Of a stretch of 64,000 nt of DNA, positions 48,885 through 58,600 are shown piece after piece. Location: the IMG/VR virus record IMGVR_UViG_3300026263_000200; one strand, written 5' to 3'. The notes under the pieces are model-generated. The model searched no databases, had not been told where the DNA came from, and saw only the letters and a program-made list of their open reading frames with translations. Position 1 is the stretch's first letter, and each line of letters opens with the position of its first letter. Origin of the DNA: a virus. A program made the translations under genes and the position numbers.

Positions 48885-49366
48885 AAGTATTAAAAAGTAA
48901 ATTATCAGATTTTTTTAAATGGGTAAAGGGTACTGAACTTGTTGAGTTAGATAATATAGACGTATCGGAAGATCCAGTTAGACCTGAATTAACTTTAGGT
49001 TGGCGAATAACAAATGGTCGTAAGATATTTGGTTTAAAATATGATGATGAAATTGAAGGTATTATATGTATAGCATTTACCAATGATGTGCCTTCAAGTA
49101 TAAAAGAATTAGATATTATGAGTGAGTTAGCACATATTAAAAACGAAAAGAAAATTGCTATTGCATATACAGTATGGTCAAGAAAAAGAGGTGCAGGTAA
49201 AGAGATAGTAAATAAAGTAATAGAATATGCTAAAAAGAATAAAATTGAAAGAGTAATAACGTTGTCCCCATTAACACCTATGGCGACACACTTTCATATT
49301 AGAAATGGTGCAAAACAAATTAACATAAATGAGGTAACCCAAAATTTTGAGTATGCAATTAGATAA
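48881..49366 (+). CDS. GNAT-like hypothetical protein
   Basis: YTVWSRKRGAGKEIV acetyl-CoA-loop-like, FHIRNGA. Confidence 0.45.
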   Translation: MKVLKSKLSDFFKWVKGTELVELDNIDVSEDPVRPELTLGWRITNGRKIFGLKYDDEIEGIICIAFTNDVPSSIKELDIMSELAHIKNEKKIAIAYTVWSRKRGAGKEIVNKVIEYAKKNKIERVITLSPLTPMATHFHIRNGAKQININEVTQNFEYAIR

Positions 49367-50408
49367 CGAAATAAAATTAGATTATAAAGACGTATTGTTA
49401 AAACCTAAAAGGTCAACATTATCATCAAGACGTGATGTAGAAATGACACGTAAATTTACATTTAGAAATTCTGGTGAAACATATGAGTGTTGTCCTATAA
49501 TGGCATCCAATATGGATGGAGTAGGAACATTTAGTATGGCGAAAGTTATACAAGAGTATAAGATGATGACCACTATTACAAAGACAACTACAGTAGACCA
49601 ATGGAAGACAGCAGTTGGGGAAGGTATTAAATTAAAGTATCTATCAGTATGTACAGGCACAGGTAAGTTATGGGATAATGACGCTGAAGATTATTCTACA
49701 ATGCAAAAAGTATTAAAGAACTATCCAGATATTAAATTTATTACAATAGATGTAGCAAATGGATATCATACAAATTTTTCAGATTTTGTTGGTGCAGTTA
49801 GAGAAGAATATCCAGATAAAACTATTATTGCAGGTAATGTAGTAACTGCTGAAATGACAGAAGAATTAATTATACAAGGTGCAGACGTAGTTAAAGTAGG
49901 TATTGGACCAGGTAGTGTATGTACAACAAGAACAATGGCAGGTGTAGGTGTACCTCAATTTAGTGCAGTAATGGAATGTGCTGACGCTGCTAATGGTGTA
50001 GGTGGGCATATAGTTGCAGATGGTGGTTGTAATATGCCAGGAGATATTGCGAAAGCATTTGGTGCTGGTGCTCATTTTGTTATGTTAGGTGGTATGTTAG
50101 CAGGACACAACGAAAGTGAAGTACAATCAAAAGATGGTAAAAGAGAATTTTATGGTATGTCTTCTGATAGAGCAAGAGAAGTACACGGTAAACGAAAAGA
50201 TGGTTATAGAGGTAATGAAGGAAGAAAAGTAATATTACCTGATAGAGGACCTGTTAAAGAAACGATAGAAGATTTATTAGGAGGTGTTCGTTCAAGTTGT
50301 ACATATATTGGTGCAAGAAGATTAAAAGATATTCCTAAATGTGCAAGTTTTGTTAGATGTAACCAACCATTAAATACAGTATTTGAATCGTATGATAATA
50401 ACTCATAA
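49353..50408 (+). CDS. guaC: GMP reductase
   Basis: LDYKDVLLKPKRS, ASNMDGVG, IDVANG, KVGIGPGSVCTTR, FYGMSS, GGVRSSCTY. Confidence 0.92.
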   Translation: MQLDNEIKLDYKDVLLKPKRSTLSSRRDVEMTRKFTFRNSGETYECCPIMASNMDGVGTFSMAKVIQEYKMMTTITKTTTVDQWKTAVGEGIKLKYLSVCTGTGKLWDNDAEDYSTMQKVLKNYPDIKFITIDVANGYHTNFSDFVGAVREEYPDKTIIAGNVVTAEMTEELIIQGADVVKVGIGPGSVCTTRTMAGVGVPQFSAVMECADAANGVGGHIVADGGCNMPGDIAKAFGAGAHFVMLGGMLAGHNESEVQSKDGKREFYGMSSDRAREVHGKRKDGYRGNEGRKVILPDRGPVKETIEDLLGGVRSSCTYIGARRLKDIPKCASFVRCNQPLNTVFESYDNNS

Positions 50409-51204
50409 TATACCTTGGGATAAATGTTTAAGTAAGCAGTTGTTTCCTGCTATAGAAAAGGGTTGGACTGATTCAGATAAACCTATACATTTCTTTTGGG
50501 GACTTGGAAGTAAAAATATACCAGAGATTGCAATGTGCGAAGCACAAGGTGATGAGTGGTGGTATGTAGATGTTGGTTATTTAACACAACAAATTACAAG
50601 ATATCCAGAACCTATTATACACGATTACGATAAGACATATTTTAGAATATGTAAAGGTAATTTACATACGATTAGGTGCAAAGTTGGACCAGGTGCAAGA
50701 TTACAGAAACTAGAGCATCAAGGGATTGATGTACAGTTTAAAGGGTGGAATACTGGAGAAACAACTCATATACTATTAGCACCTTCTTCTCAAACGGTAA
50801 CCTACCATATTAATGGCATTAGTCAAGATGATTGGATTAAACAGGTTACAGAAGAGATTAAACAACATACAGATATACCTATTAAGTTTAGAAACAAACC
50901 TAGACCAGGTAATGAGTGGTGGAAAACTGACATAAAAGATGATTTGAAAAATGCCCATTGTTTGGTAACTAATATGAGTTTAGGTACTGTTGACGCAATA
51001 TTAAATCAAGTACCTGTTATATGCCATCAAAGAAACATTGCGTCATTTGTTTCATCAAAAGATATAAAGTATATTAAGAAACCTATGAGACCTGGAAGAA
51101 AAACTATAAATGAGTGGTTAAAAATGATTGCAGAAAATCAATTTACAATAAAAGAAATTGAAGATGGAACTGCTTATAGAACATTACAGGAACAAAACGT
51201 ATGA
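50392..51204 (+). CDS. putative polysaccharide-modifying protein, paralog of 48126
   Basis: WWYVDVGY, LLAPS, LVTNMS..VDAILNQVP, NQFT..EI.DGTA shared with 48126. Confidence 0.5.
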   Translation: MIITHNIPWDKCLSKQLFPAIEKGWTDSDKPIHFFWGLGSKNIPEIAMCEAQGDEWWYVDVGYLTQQITRYPEPIIHDYDKTYFRICKGNLHTIRCKVGPGARLQKLEHQGIDVQFKGWNTGETTHILLAPSSQTVTYHINGISQDDWIKQVTEEIKQHTDIPIKFRNKPRPGNEWWKTDIKDDLKNAHCLVTNMSLGTVDAILNQVPVICHQRNIASFVSSKDIKYIKKPMRPGRKTINEWLKMIAENQFTIKEIEDGTAYRTLQEQNV

Positions 51205-51779
51205 TAATTAAACCATTTGGAGAAGAAGGCATTTCTATGTTGCAAGGCAATATGATAGACGTTCCTATAACAGATTATATTTGTAATTTGTTAAAAGAAG
51301 AAGGTGATGATATTGTTATAAAAGGAGATTTTTTAAAAGAGATACAAAATGCAACTATTCAAAATGGAAAATTGAAAAGTGTTCCTCATAATGCAACAGT
51401 AGTTGATATTATTAATAAGATACAAAACGAATTTTCAAAAAATAGAAAAGTAGTAGAAATATGGGCAGTTATAATGAGAGAAGGAGATTTCCATATGCTA
51501 CATAACCATTCAAGTGGTATTCCTTCAGAACATTTAGATTACTTAATTGCTAATGATAAACCTGGTAGAGAAGCACCAGTAATATCTGGAGCTCTTTATC
51601 TAAAAGTGCCTGAAATGAAACCACCACAAGGTAATGTAAATTTTGTATCAAATGGTGAAGTGTTTAGTTGGACTCCAAAAGATGGAGATTACTTTGTTTG
51701 GCCGAGTCATTTAGTACACGGAGTTTATCCTTTTAAAGGGTCAGGAAGTAGGATAATGATTTCTTGGAATAGTATATGA
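51201..51779 (+). CDS. putative 2OG-Fe(II) oxygenase
   Basis: HNH...ISGALYL...WPSHLVHGV...RIMISWN. Confidence 0.75.
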   Translation: MIIKPFGEEGISMLQGNMIDVPITDYICNLLKEEGDDIVIKGDFLKEIQNATIQNGKLKSVPHNATVVDIINKIQNEFSKNRKVVEIWAVIMREGDFHMLHNHSSGIPSEHLDYLIANDKPGREAPVISGALYLKVPEMKPPQGNVNFVSNGEVFSWTPKDGDYFVWPSHLVHGVYPFKGSGSRIMISWNSI

Positions 51780-52453
51780 TAAATTTTTGCTGTGTATATT
51801 ATGGAACAAAGTATTCATTAGATTATGTACAAGTGCTATACAATATGGTACAACGACATTTAACCGTACCTCATAAGTTTATATGTTTTTCAGACCACGT
51901 AAAACCTCAAAAGATATTAAAAGGTAATATAGAGTTTAGAAAGTTTAGATTTCACGACTATAATGGTTGGTGGAATAAAATGCAACTTTTTAGTGAAGAA
52001 GCAGACCTAAAAGGACCTTGTTTATATATGGATTTAGATGTAGTTATTTTAGATAACATTAATGAATTAGCGACATTTGGTGATGATATGACATTTGGTG
52101 TAATAAACGATTTCAACATATTGACAAAAGAGTATAATTCAAGTATAATGAAATTTAATAATGAAGTTGCAACAGATTTAGTATGGAAACCATTTCTACA
52201 ACAAAAGACAGAATTGATGAAATTGCAAGGCGACCAAAACGCAATGTCCAAATTAGTTAAAGGTAGTCAATACCTAAAAGTTATGCCAGACGAATGGTCA
52301 TATTCGTACAAATGGTTCAGCAGACAAGACCCTAGATTTGATAAGAGTAAATGGACATTTGAAAAGAAAGAATCAGCCAAGGTTGCAGTATTTCACGGTA
52401 CACCTTTACCACACGATTCAGACCAGGATTGGGTCAAAAAAGAGTGGAATTAG
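51776..52453 (+). CDS. glycosyltransferase-like protein
   Basis: GTKYS..YV..L, GWWNKMQLF, YMDLDVVI, GDQ, VFHG. Confidence 0.7.
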   Translation: MINFCCVYYGTKYSLDYVQVLYNMVQRHLTVPHKFICFSDHVKPQKILKGNIEFRKFRFHDYNGWWNKMQLFSEEADLKGPCLYMDLDVVILDNINELATFGDDMTFGVINDFNILTKEYNSSIMKFNNEVATDLVWKPFLQQKTELMKLQGDQNAMSKLVKGSQYLKVMPDEWSYSYKWFSRQDPRFDKSKWTFEKKESAKVAVFHGTPLPHDSDQDWVKKEWN

Positions 52454-52467
52454 AACAAAACGAGAAC
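52453..52467 (+). promoter_or_regulatory. GAAC-N7-GAAC direct repeat (alphaproteobacterial LexA-box-like)
   Basis: aGAACaaaacgaGAACa. Confidence 0.55.
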
Positions 52468-52508
52468 AAATATCTCTAAAAATCGCATAAAATAAGTGTT
52501 TTTTTTTC

Positions 52509-52537
52509 TTGACTTTTAAGTAAAAAACCTGTATAGT
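52509..52537 (+). promoter_or_regulatory. early sigma70-type promoter
   Basis: TTGACT-N17-TATAGT with upstream T-tract. Confidence 0.75.
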
Positions 52538-52548
52538 ATACACATACT

Positions 52549-53004
52549 ATGAAAAAAAACACTATGAACAAATCAAAAAAAGTTAAATTAAATGACGTTG
52601 ACTATACTTTTAATGTAGTTTATTTAAGAGAATATATTGATCCAGATGACCAAGAATTCTTTTATGCATACGAAACTATCTATAGAAACGTTCCATATAA
52701 ATTCAAAGACAAATTCAAAACAAAATCTATGAAGATGAAAATTCTTAAATTTTGTGATTGGAATTATAAAGAACCTGCTGTTAACTTTCAAAACGTAACT
52801 AAAGTTGAATTAATAGACCAAGACGAATACTATAAAAATTATGAACAAGTATTTGGCGATACTGCCAAAGATAATAAAGATATGTTTAATGATTACGGTC
52901 AATCTTATGACAGACAATCTTTCAGAAAAGATTTTAATAAAGAATTAACATATAAATTAAACCCAATTAAGAAAAAAATAGAACAAATGAAAGGACTACA
53001 CTAA
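52549..53004 (+). CDS. hypothetical early protein
   Basis: ORF directly after promoter. Confidence 0.55.
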   Translation: MKKNTMNKSKKVKLNDVDYTFNVVYLREYIDPDDQEFFYAYETIYRNVPYKFKDKFKTKSMKMKILKFCDWNYKEPAVNFQNVTKVELIDQDEYYKNYEQVFGDTAKDNKDMFNDYGQSYDRQSFRKDFNKELTYKLNPIKKKIEQMKGLH

Positions 53005-53195
53005 TGAGTAAAGTAAAACAATGGGCAGCAGACGTTGCCGAAAAAGCAGTTGATGATATTCTTACAAAAGTTAAGAATAAAATAATTGACTTAAAAACTG
53101 CTAAAGACGATATCTTAAAAATAGAAAATCTTGCTTTAGTTGATATTGACGAAGATAATATAGATGAAGTATTAGAAATGGAGTTGAAAATATGA
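53004..53195 (+). CDS. hypothetical protein
   Basis: coupled ORF with AAGGA RBS. Confidence 0.55.
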   Translation: MSKVKQWAADVAEKAVDDILTKVKNKIIDLKTAKDDILKIENLALVDIDEDNIDEVLEMELKI

Positions 53196-53659
53196 GCCAA
53201 TTAACAGACGTATATGTAAATAAAGACGATATCGGTAAAAACCTATATAGAAAAAAAACATACTATACATTATGCATAGAGCAAGATGTATTAGCAAAAG
53301 ATAAAGATGAAGCAGATAAATTGCTTTCAGATTGCGGAATAGACCACGCAAAAATCAATAAAGACTTAACAGAAGAAAAAAACGGTGTTGAAACTTATAT
53401 GACAGACGCTAACTATACAGATTCAGATACAACCAAGTATATTGCAAAAGTTGTTTATGATGACTATGACGGTTTAGAAAACGCCAAAGAAAACGGTGAT
53501 GTTGAGTTAGATACTTATGCTTTAGAAGATGATACAATTGATCCAGAAACAGGAGAGTGTATGAGTAAACCACTTGATGATTTACACGAAGCATTAAATC
53601 CAAATAACAAATATGTTTTAAAAGACGGTGAATTAAAAATCGTGAAAGAGAATCAATAA
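53192..53659 (+). CDS. acidic hypothetical protein
   Basis: coupled ORF. Confidence 0.55.
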   Translation: MSQLTDVYVNKDDIGKNLYRKKTYYTLCIEQDVLAKDKDEADKLLSDCGIDHAKINKDLTEEKNGVETYMTDANYTDSDTTKYIAKVVYDDYDGLENAKENGDVELDTYALEDDTIDPETGECMSKPLDDLHEALNPNNKYVLKDGELKIVKENQ

Positions 53660-53825
53660 TGCAAAGTGAACTATTATTATTGGGAGTGATTGGAATGCTT
53701 TTAACTATAATTGGATTCGGTATTGCTTACCATATTGGAAGTAAATCAAATGAACCAGAAGTAAAATTAACAGAAGTACAAAAATCATTAAAAGATTTAC
53801 ATAACTTAAATGGAAAGGACGATTA

Positions 53826-54095
53826 ATGAAATATAATGAAGATAAAATATTAAAAGAAGTTTTAGACTATGTTAAAGGCACATACTCAAAACACTATTCT
53901 ACTACTAAAGAAGGATTCCAAGTACAAGATTTATTAAGACATTTAAAGATAGATAAAGATTTCAGTTTATCAAATGCAATTAAATACCTTTGCAGATACG
54001 GTAAAAAAGAAGGAAAAAACAAATTAGATTTATATAAAGCAATACACTATATTGTATTGTTAATTAATAGTGAAGAAAATGAAAAAGAAAACTAA
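53826..54095 (+). CDS. DUF3310-like protein
   Basis: HY...NAIKYLCRYGKKEG...DLYKAIHY. Confidence 0.75.
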   Translation: MKYNEDKILKEVLDYVKGTYSKHYSTTKEGFQVQDLLRHLKIDKDFSLSNAIKYLCRYGKKEGKNKLDLYKAIHYIVLLINSEENEKEN

Positions 54096-54179
54096 AAAAC
54101 TTATATTAGAATTATTAGATTTTTGGCCAATGACAATAGTTGTGCCAATAATGATTATTTTAATTTTAACAGCAAATAT

Positions 54180-54587
54180 ATGGTAAGTAATAAAATTATA
54201 TACAATAAAATGAATTTCTATTATGATGTAAATGATATGAACATATCAATTTACGGTAAAGATTGGAAACCAGTTGAGTATTTAAGTGATTCAGAAAGAA
54301 GAGAGAAAGTAAGACAGCATATATTAAAAAAAGACTTAACACAAAGAATAGGAGGAAAAAAGTATATGACATTATTAACAGAAAATCAAACAATCAACGG
54401 ATTTGATAATACAGCAGATGTATTAATCTCTATTAAAGAGAACGTTGAAAACGGTAATAAAGATACAGCAATTGATATGCTAAATCAATTAATTGATAAT
54501 GAGAAGTTAGAATCAGATATTGATGTTTCTATGAATTTAGAAAATGAGAGTTGTGATTGCTCTACTTGTAGAATTGGAAATAACTAA
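54180..54587 (+). CDS. hypothetical protein (start uncertain; internal GGAGG RBS before ATG near 54366)
   Basis: ORF; C-terminal CDCSTC. Confidence 0.45.
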   Translation: MVSNKIIYNKMNFYYDVNDMNISIYGKDWKPVEYLSDSERREKVRQHILKKDLTQRIGGKKYMTLLTENQTINGFDNTADVLISIKENVENGNKDTAIDMLNQLIDNEKLESDIDVSMNLENESCDCSTCRIGNN

Positions 54588-54703
54588 AATGAGTGGAAAC
54601 CACCCTATAGCAGACTATCAAAACACTTGGAAAAGCTCACCAGCGACCCTGCTAGAGCGTTGGAAATGCAGAAAAGTGAGTAAAATAGGGACTAATTTAG
54701 GGA

Positions 54704-54732
54704 TTGACATTAGCAACGATTTATGTTATTAT
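54704..54732 (+). promoter_or_regulatory. sigma70-type promoter
   Basis: TTGACA-N17-TATTAT with TGn. Confidence 0.7.
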
Positions 54733-54760
54733 TAATACAATTGAGAAAGGAAAATACATT

Positions 54761-55135
54761 ATGAGTACAGTAATATACAATAAAGAGAACATCTATAAAG
54801 AGTTTGATGTAGCAAAACAAAAAGACATTGAACTATCAGACAAGAAAACACTAGAAGAAAAAGAGAACGATATCCATACAAACAGGTTACAGTTTTGTAA
54901 AGAACATAAAGAACTGAATGAGAAAGACCCAGGATTGTATGATGTTGATATTAAGTGGGACAGTTTAATACTTGCCTACTCATCACCTAGTCCGAGAGAC
55001 CATTTCTATAAAACAGTATTCGGTAGAACTTATGCCGAACAAGTTGCCTTTGAAACTTCTGAATCAGAAGGAGATGACGGAGGAGAAGATTCGTATTATA
55101 GAAGTAGAAGAAAGAATAGAAACTACAAAAGATAA
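54761..55135 (+). CDS. hypothetical protein
   Basis: ATG 54761 with AAAGGA RBS after promoter. Confidence 0.55.
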   Translation: MSTVIYNKENIYKEFDVAKQKDIELSDKKTLEEKENDIHTNRLQFCKEHKELNEKDPGLYDVDIKWDSLILAYSSPSPRDHFYKTVFGRTYAEQVAFETSESEGDDGGEDSYYRSRRKNRNYKR

Positions 55136-55154
55136 CATTAACAAAGAGGAGAAT

Positions 55155-55370
55155 ATGATGAAAACTTTGATGTCTATACTAGTATTAATTATACTATCAA
55201 CTTCTGCTAACGCAGGAAAAGTTGAAGATAAGATTAGTGCTGTAAATACGTGGTTAGCTAATGAGAAGCAAACTACTGTAGAATTTCAAAAAGTAAAATG
55301 GCAAGAAGGTAAAAACCAAATTGCTAGTACTATTGCGAAATTTAAAAAAATGTTTAATTGGAGTAACTAA
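55155..55370 (+). CDS. small secreted protein
   Basis: GAGGAG RBS, signal peptide ending ANA. Confidence 0.55.
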   Translation: MMKTLMSILVLIILSTSANAGKVEDKISAVNTWLANEKQTTVEFQKVKWQEGKNQIASTIAKFKKMFNWSN

Positions 55371-55576
55371 TGTACGGAGATTTTGTTTGTACAAGTGCCA
55401 ATGACGGTACACATTATTTCAGACCTGTAACTGCTAAAGCACATACGCTTTGGCAGGAAAAAGGTTTTAGTAAATATGTGATTGATAATAACGAAGACTA
55501 TTACATTGTTAAGAGTGTTGATAGTCAGAAAATATGTAATGAGATACGCAAAAATAATTTGGATTTTACTAGTTAG
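55370..55576 (+). CDS. hypothetical protein
   Basis: coupled ORF with GGAG RBS. Confidence 0.5.
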   Translation: MYGDFVCTSANDGTHYFRPVTAKAHTLWQEKGFSKYVIDNNEDYYIVKSVDSQKICNEIRKNNLDFTS

Positions 55577-56027
55577 TTTATTATTAACTAATTGTGCTAA
55601 CAGGTCACATACAGGTGCCGTGTTAGGTGCAGGAACAGGAACAGCAGTATGTTTAGAGTACATAGGAGATAATCCTTACTTAATTGCTACGTGTGCTGTT
55701 GGCGCCGCTTTTGCAGGTGCAGAAATTTTATATAAGAGTGATAAAGATGTTCACAATGCAGTATTTGTTGACCATTTGAATACAAGTGGTTCATCTTCAT
55801 CTTATACAAATTGGTATAATGCAGAAACAGGTAATAATGGAATTATACACATAACAAAATCTTATACTGTAGGTCCACTTAAATGTAAAGATTATGACCA
55901 TACAGTTGATATAACTAGTCAATGGCCGTTAATTGGAATTGGTAATGTTAATAGAGAAATAGTGTTTGGAACTGCTTGTCAGTTGCCAGACGGTAGATGG
56001 ATTGAAAAACCAGTAGGAGTGAATTAA
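55539..56027 (+). CDS. glycine-zipper surface-antigen lipoprotein (Rickettsia 17-kDa/RT0821-like)
   Basis: lipobox LTNC, GAVLGAGTG zipper, WYNAETGNNG, GTACQLPDGRW. Confidence 0.75.
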   Translation: MRYAKIIWILLVSLLLTNCANRSHTGAVLGAGTGTAVCLEYIGDNPYLIATCAVGAAFAGAEILYKSDKDVHNAVFVDHLNTSGSSSSYTNWYNAETGNNGIIHITKSYTVGPLKCKDYDHTVDITSQWPLIGIGNVNREIVFGTACQLPDGRWIEKPVGVN

Positions 56028-56028
56028 T

Positions 56029-56529
56029 ATGGATCCAAAAAATTATAAAATTTATATGTATGCAACATTAATTATGATAACAGTATTGTTATGTATGGAA
56101 ATGGCTTGGGGTTGTGTAGATTGTGATTTAAATAAAAAAGAATTTGAAAAAACTGCTCCAGTAATGGAAATAGAGTGGCATAATCCAGATGGAACTGTAC
56201 ACCGTAGTACTAAAGTTGTAGATGGTTCTCAAAAGATATTATATGACAATGTTAAACCAGTAACTAAAAACGATACTGACCAATTTTGTTATGTCAAAAT
56301 TATTATTAAACAAGAAGCAAATGGAAACATTTCTAAAGAAGAGAAATTATATTGTTCCGATGGAAGAAGTGGTGTAGATACTCCTTCTTATTGGGAACTT
56401 TTTGCCCAGTTTTATTACCGTGATGTCTATACACCAGAGTATTGTAGATATTATAGTCGTAAAAATCACGCTTTTAAATCGTACGGAAAAGTGTGTTTAA
56501 ATGAGTACGGAGAATGGAAGGTAAAATAA
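56029..56529 (+). CDS. secreted/membrane hypothetical protein
   Basis: N-terminal hydrophobic segment; C-terminal GKVCLNEYGEW resembles end of previous gene. Confidence 0.5.
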   Translation: MDPKNYKIYMYATLIMITVLLCMEMAWGCVDCDLNKKEFEKTAPVMEIEWHNPDGTVHRSTKVVDGSQKILYDNVKPVTKNDTDQFCYVKIIIKQEANGNISKEEKLYCSDGRSGVDTPSYWELFAQFYYRDVYTPEYCRYYSRKNHAFKSYGKVCLNEYGEWKVK

Positions 56530-56619
56530 TGATTAAAAATATAATCATAATTGCTCTCCTATTGGTTATTGTATATGGAGTTACTGCTGATGAATTTTTG
56601 AGCTATGCTCAATCCAGCG

Positions 56620-56648
56620 TTGACTTATTGCAAGAACTATTATATAAT
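56620..56648 (+). promoter_or_regulatory. sigma70-type promoter
   Basis: TTGACT-N17-TATAAT then AAGGAG. Confidence 0.75.
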
Positions 56649-56671
56649 GTACAAAGGAGTGTGAAAAACTA

Positions 56672-57295
56672 ATGAACAAATACATTAAGATTTTATCAGT
56701 TGCTGTCTTTGGTCTATTGTTGACTAATTGTGCAGGTAATTATAAAATCAAAAGTGAAAAAGGTAAGGTAGTTAATACTGTTCCAAAATGGTATATGGCT
56801 GATTTTTCTGAAACTAAAGCTTGTGATATAGCAAGATTTGGTAAAGCGAAAGAAAAGCAATGTATATTTGGAGTTGGTACTAGCGTTTCACCAGACTTAA
56901 ATCTCGCAATTGAGAAAGCTAAAATGATAGCGAAAGCTGAATTAGCAGACATTATCAAAGGGGAGATGAACAAAGAGTCTAAACAGTTTATAACGGAGAT
57001 TGGAAAATCTAATACGAAAACTGTTGTTAGTGAAGTAGAATCTGTATTGGTCAATATTATTAAAGATACACCAGTTAGAGGATATGAGATATTTGAGCAA
57101 GATGTAACCTTGACAAAGAACGGTTACTATAGAGCTTGGATAGGTTTGAGATTGCCATTAGGTGAATATAATAAAATGTTCAACTATACAATTGAACAAG
57201 CTACAGACGCTTATAACTTAAAGTATCACGCTAATAAGTCATTTGAGAAACTTATGAAAAAAGAAGAGGTTTCAGATGGACAAGTTAGTAATTAA
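56672..57295 (+). CDS. LPP20-like lipoprotein
   Basis: lipobox LTNC; VPKWY, GVGTSVSPDLNLAIEKAKMIAKAELA. Confidence 0.65.
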   Translation: MNKYIKILSVAVFGLLLTNCAGNYKIKSEKGKVVNTVPKWYMADFSETKACDIARFGKAKEKQCIFGVGTSVSPDLNLAIEKAKMIAKAELADIIKGEMNKESKQFITEIGKSNTKTVVSEVESVLVNIIKDTPVRGYEIFEQDVTLTKNGYYRAWIGLRLPLGEYNKMFNYTIEQATDAYNLKYHANKSFEKLMKKEEVSDGQVSN

Positions 57296-57560
57296 AGATA
57301 TCACAGTATATACGAAACAAAATTGTGTATACTGTGTGAAGGCAAAGTCCCTTCTAAAGGGACTTGGTCTAACTTGGACGGAGAAGAAGTTAGAAGAATT
57401 TGCTTCTGTTGAAGCAATGATAGAGGACATTGGTAAAAAAGTAAGAGCAATGCCTCAAATAAAAATTGACGGTAAACTAGTCGGTGGATATAATCAACTT
57501 ATAGAATATTTTAATAATAAAGGTTTAGTAAATTTTAAAGGTGAGATTGTCCGTGATTAA
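57276..57560 (+). CDS. nrdC: glutaredoxin
   Basis: CVYC active site, MPQI, VGGY. Confidence 0.9.
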   Translation: MDKLVIKDITVYTKQNCVYCVKAKSLLKGLGLTWTEKKLEEFASVEAMIEDIGKKVRAMPQIKIDGKLVGGYNQLIEYFNNKGLVNFKGEIVRD

Positions 57561-58092
57561 AGATAAAGAGAAAAAAGGAAAGATAATTATATTTCCTGAA
57601 AACAGAATTAAAAAAAGAATTACAAAACCACAAGAATCCCCATTTACAAAACGATTAAAAGAGCAACAAACTAGAGAGTTTATTGAACATAGTGTAGATG
57701 AAATTGGATTTGAATTATTAAGAAAATTTAGTGATATGGGTTTAAAGACTTCAAAGGAATCATTTACTAAAGACCTTGCGTTAGTTATTGATTGTATAAG
57801 AGGATTGATTTATAGAGATTTTGATATGGCACACGCCGCTCAATTAATGGCAAATAAAATGGTTGCAATAAAATTTAATAGAGGTGGTAAAGCAAGTGCC
57901 GCTAGGATAGACTATTCAGATTTTATGAAAGCAAAACCAAACAAACAAAGAAATATTTTTAATAAAGAATTTAAAGAAGAGTTAAATGATTTACAAGATG
58001 GATCAGATATGTTTGAATCTGATTTGGATTTGAACGGTGATGATGATAATATCATCCCACCACCTTGGAACGGTAATGATGATAAAAAATAG
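57541..58092 (+). CDS. hypothetical protein
   Basis: ORF; KIIIFP N-terminal motif common in phage proteins. Confidence 0.55.
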   Translation: MRLSVIKDKEKKGKIIIFPENRIKKRITKPQESPFTKRLKEQQTREFIEHSVDEIGFELLRKFSDMGLKTSKESFTKDLALVIDCIRGLIYRDFDMAHAAQLMANKMVAIKFNRGGKASAARIDYSDFMKAKPNKQRNIFNKEFKEELNDLQDGSDMFESDLDLNGDDDNIIPPPWNGNDDKK

Positions 58093-58228
58093 TTTAATGA
58101 TATTAATAATGCTTACTTTTATGGGTTGTGCAAAAGATAAACCTACACTCAATTCAATGGAGAAATTTTTTGATTGTTTAGGGGATAGTAGTAAGTGTGA
58201 GAAATTAAAGAATTCCGTAAAGGAGTAG
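58079..58228 (+). CDS. small lipoprotein
   Basis: lipobox FMGC. Confidence 0.4.
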   Translation: MIKNSLMILIMLTFMGCAKDKPTLNSMEKFFDCLGDSSKCEKLKNSVKE

Positions 58229-58273
58229 TCCAATGCAGACTTTAAAAAGCAAAACAAAGGAGGAAGAAACATT

Positions 58274-58570
58274 ATGTTTTTTTCAAAAAGTAAGGTTGCA
58301 GTAGCAACTAAAGGCAGAAAAAGACTGTCTAAAACTCAAAAAGTATTAAACTTATTTGAGAAAGGTGAACCAGTTTCTTGGAAACATTTAAGAAACAGAT
58401 ATGACCTAATATCACCAAGAGCGATGGTTGACAAACTACGTTCAAAAGGTCATATGATTTATGTAAATAAATCATCTTCAGGTACATCTTATAGATTGGG
58501 TACTCCTACAAAAGCTATTATAGCTGCTGGGATAACTAAACTATACGGTACTGAATACGCATATAACTAA
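58274..58570 (+). CDS. winged-helix DNA-binding protein
   Basis: SKTQKVLNLF..GEPVSW...SPRAMVDKLRSKGHMIY; GGAGG RBS. Confidence 0.6.
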   Translation: MFFSKSKVAVATKGRKRLSKTQKVLNLFEKGEPVSWKHLRNRYDLISPRAMVDKLRSKGHMIYVNKSSSGTSYRLGTPTKAIIAAGITKLYGTEYAYN

Positions 58571-58600
58571 TTGCGTAATTGAATCGTAACCAATACGATT

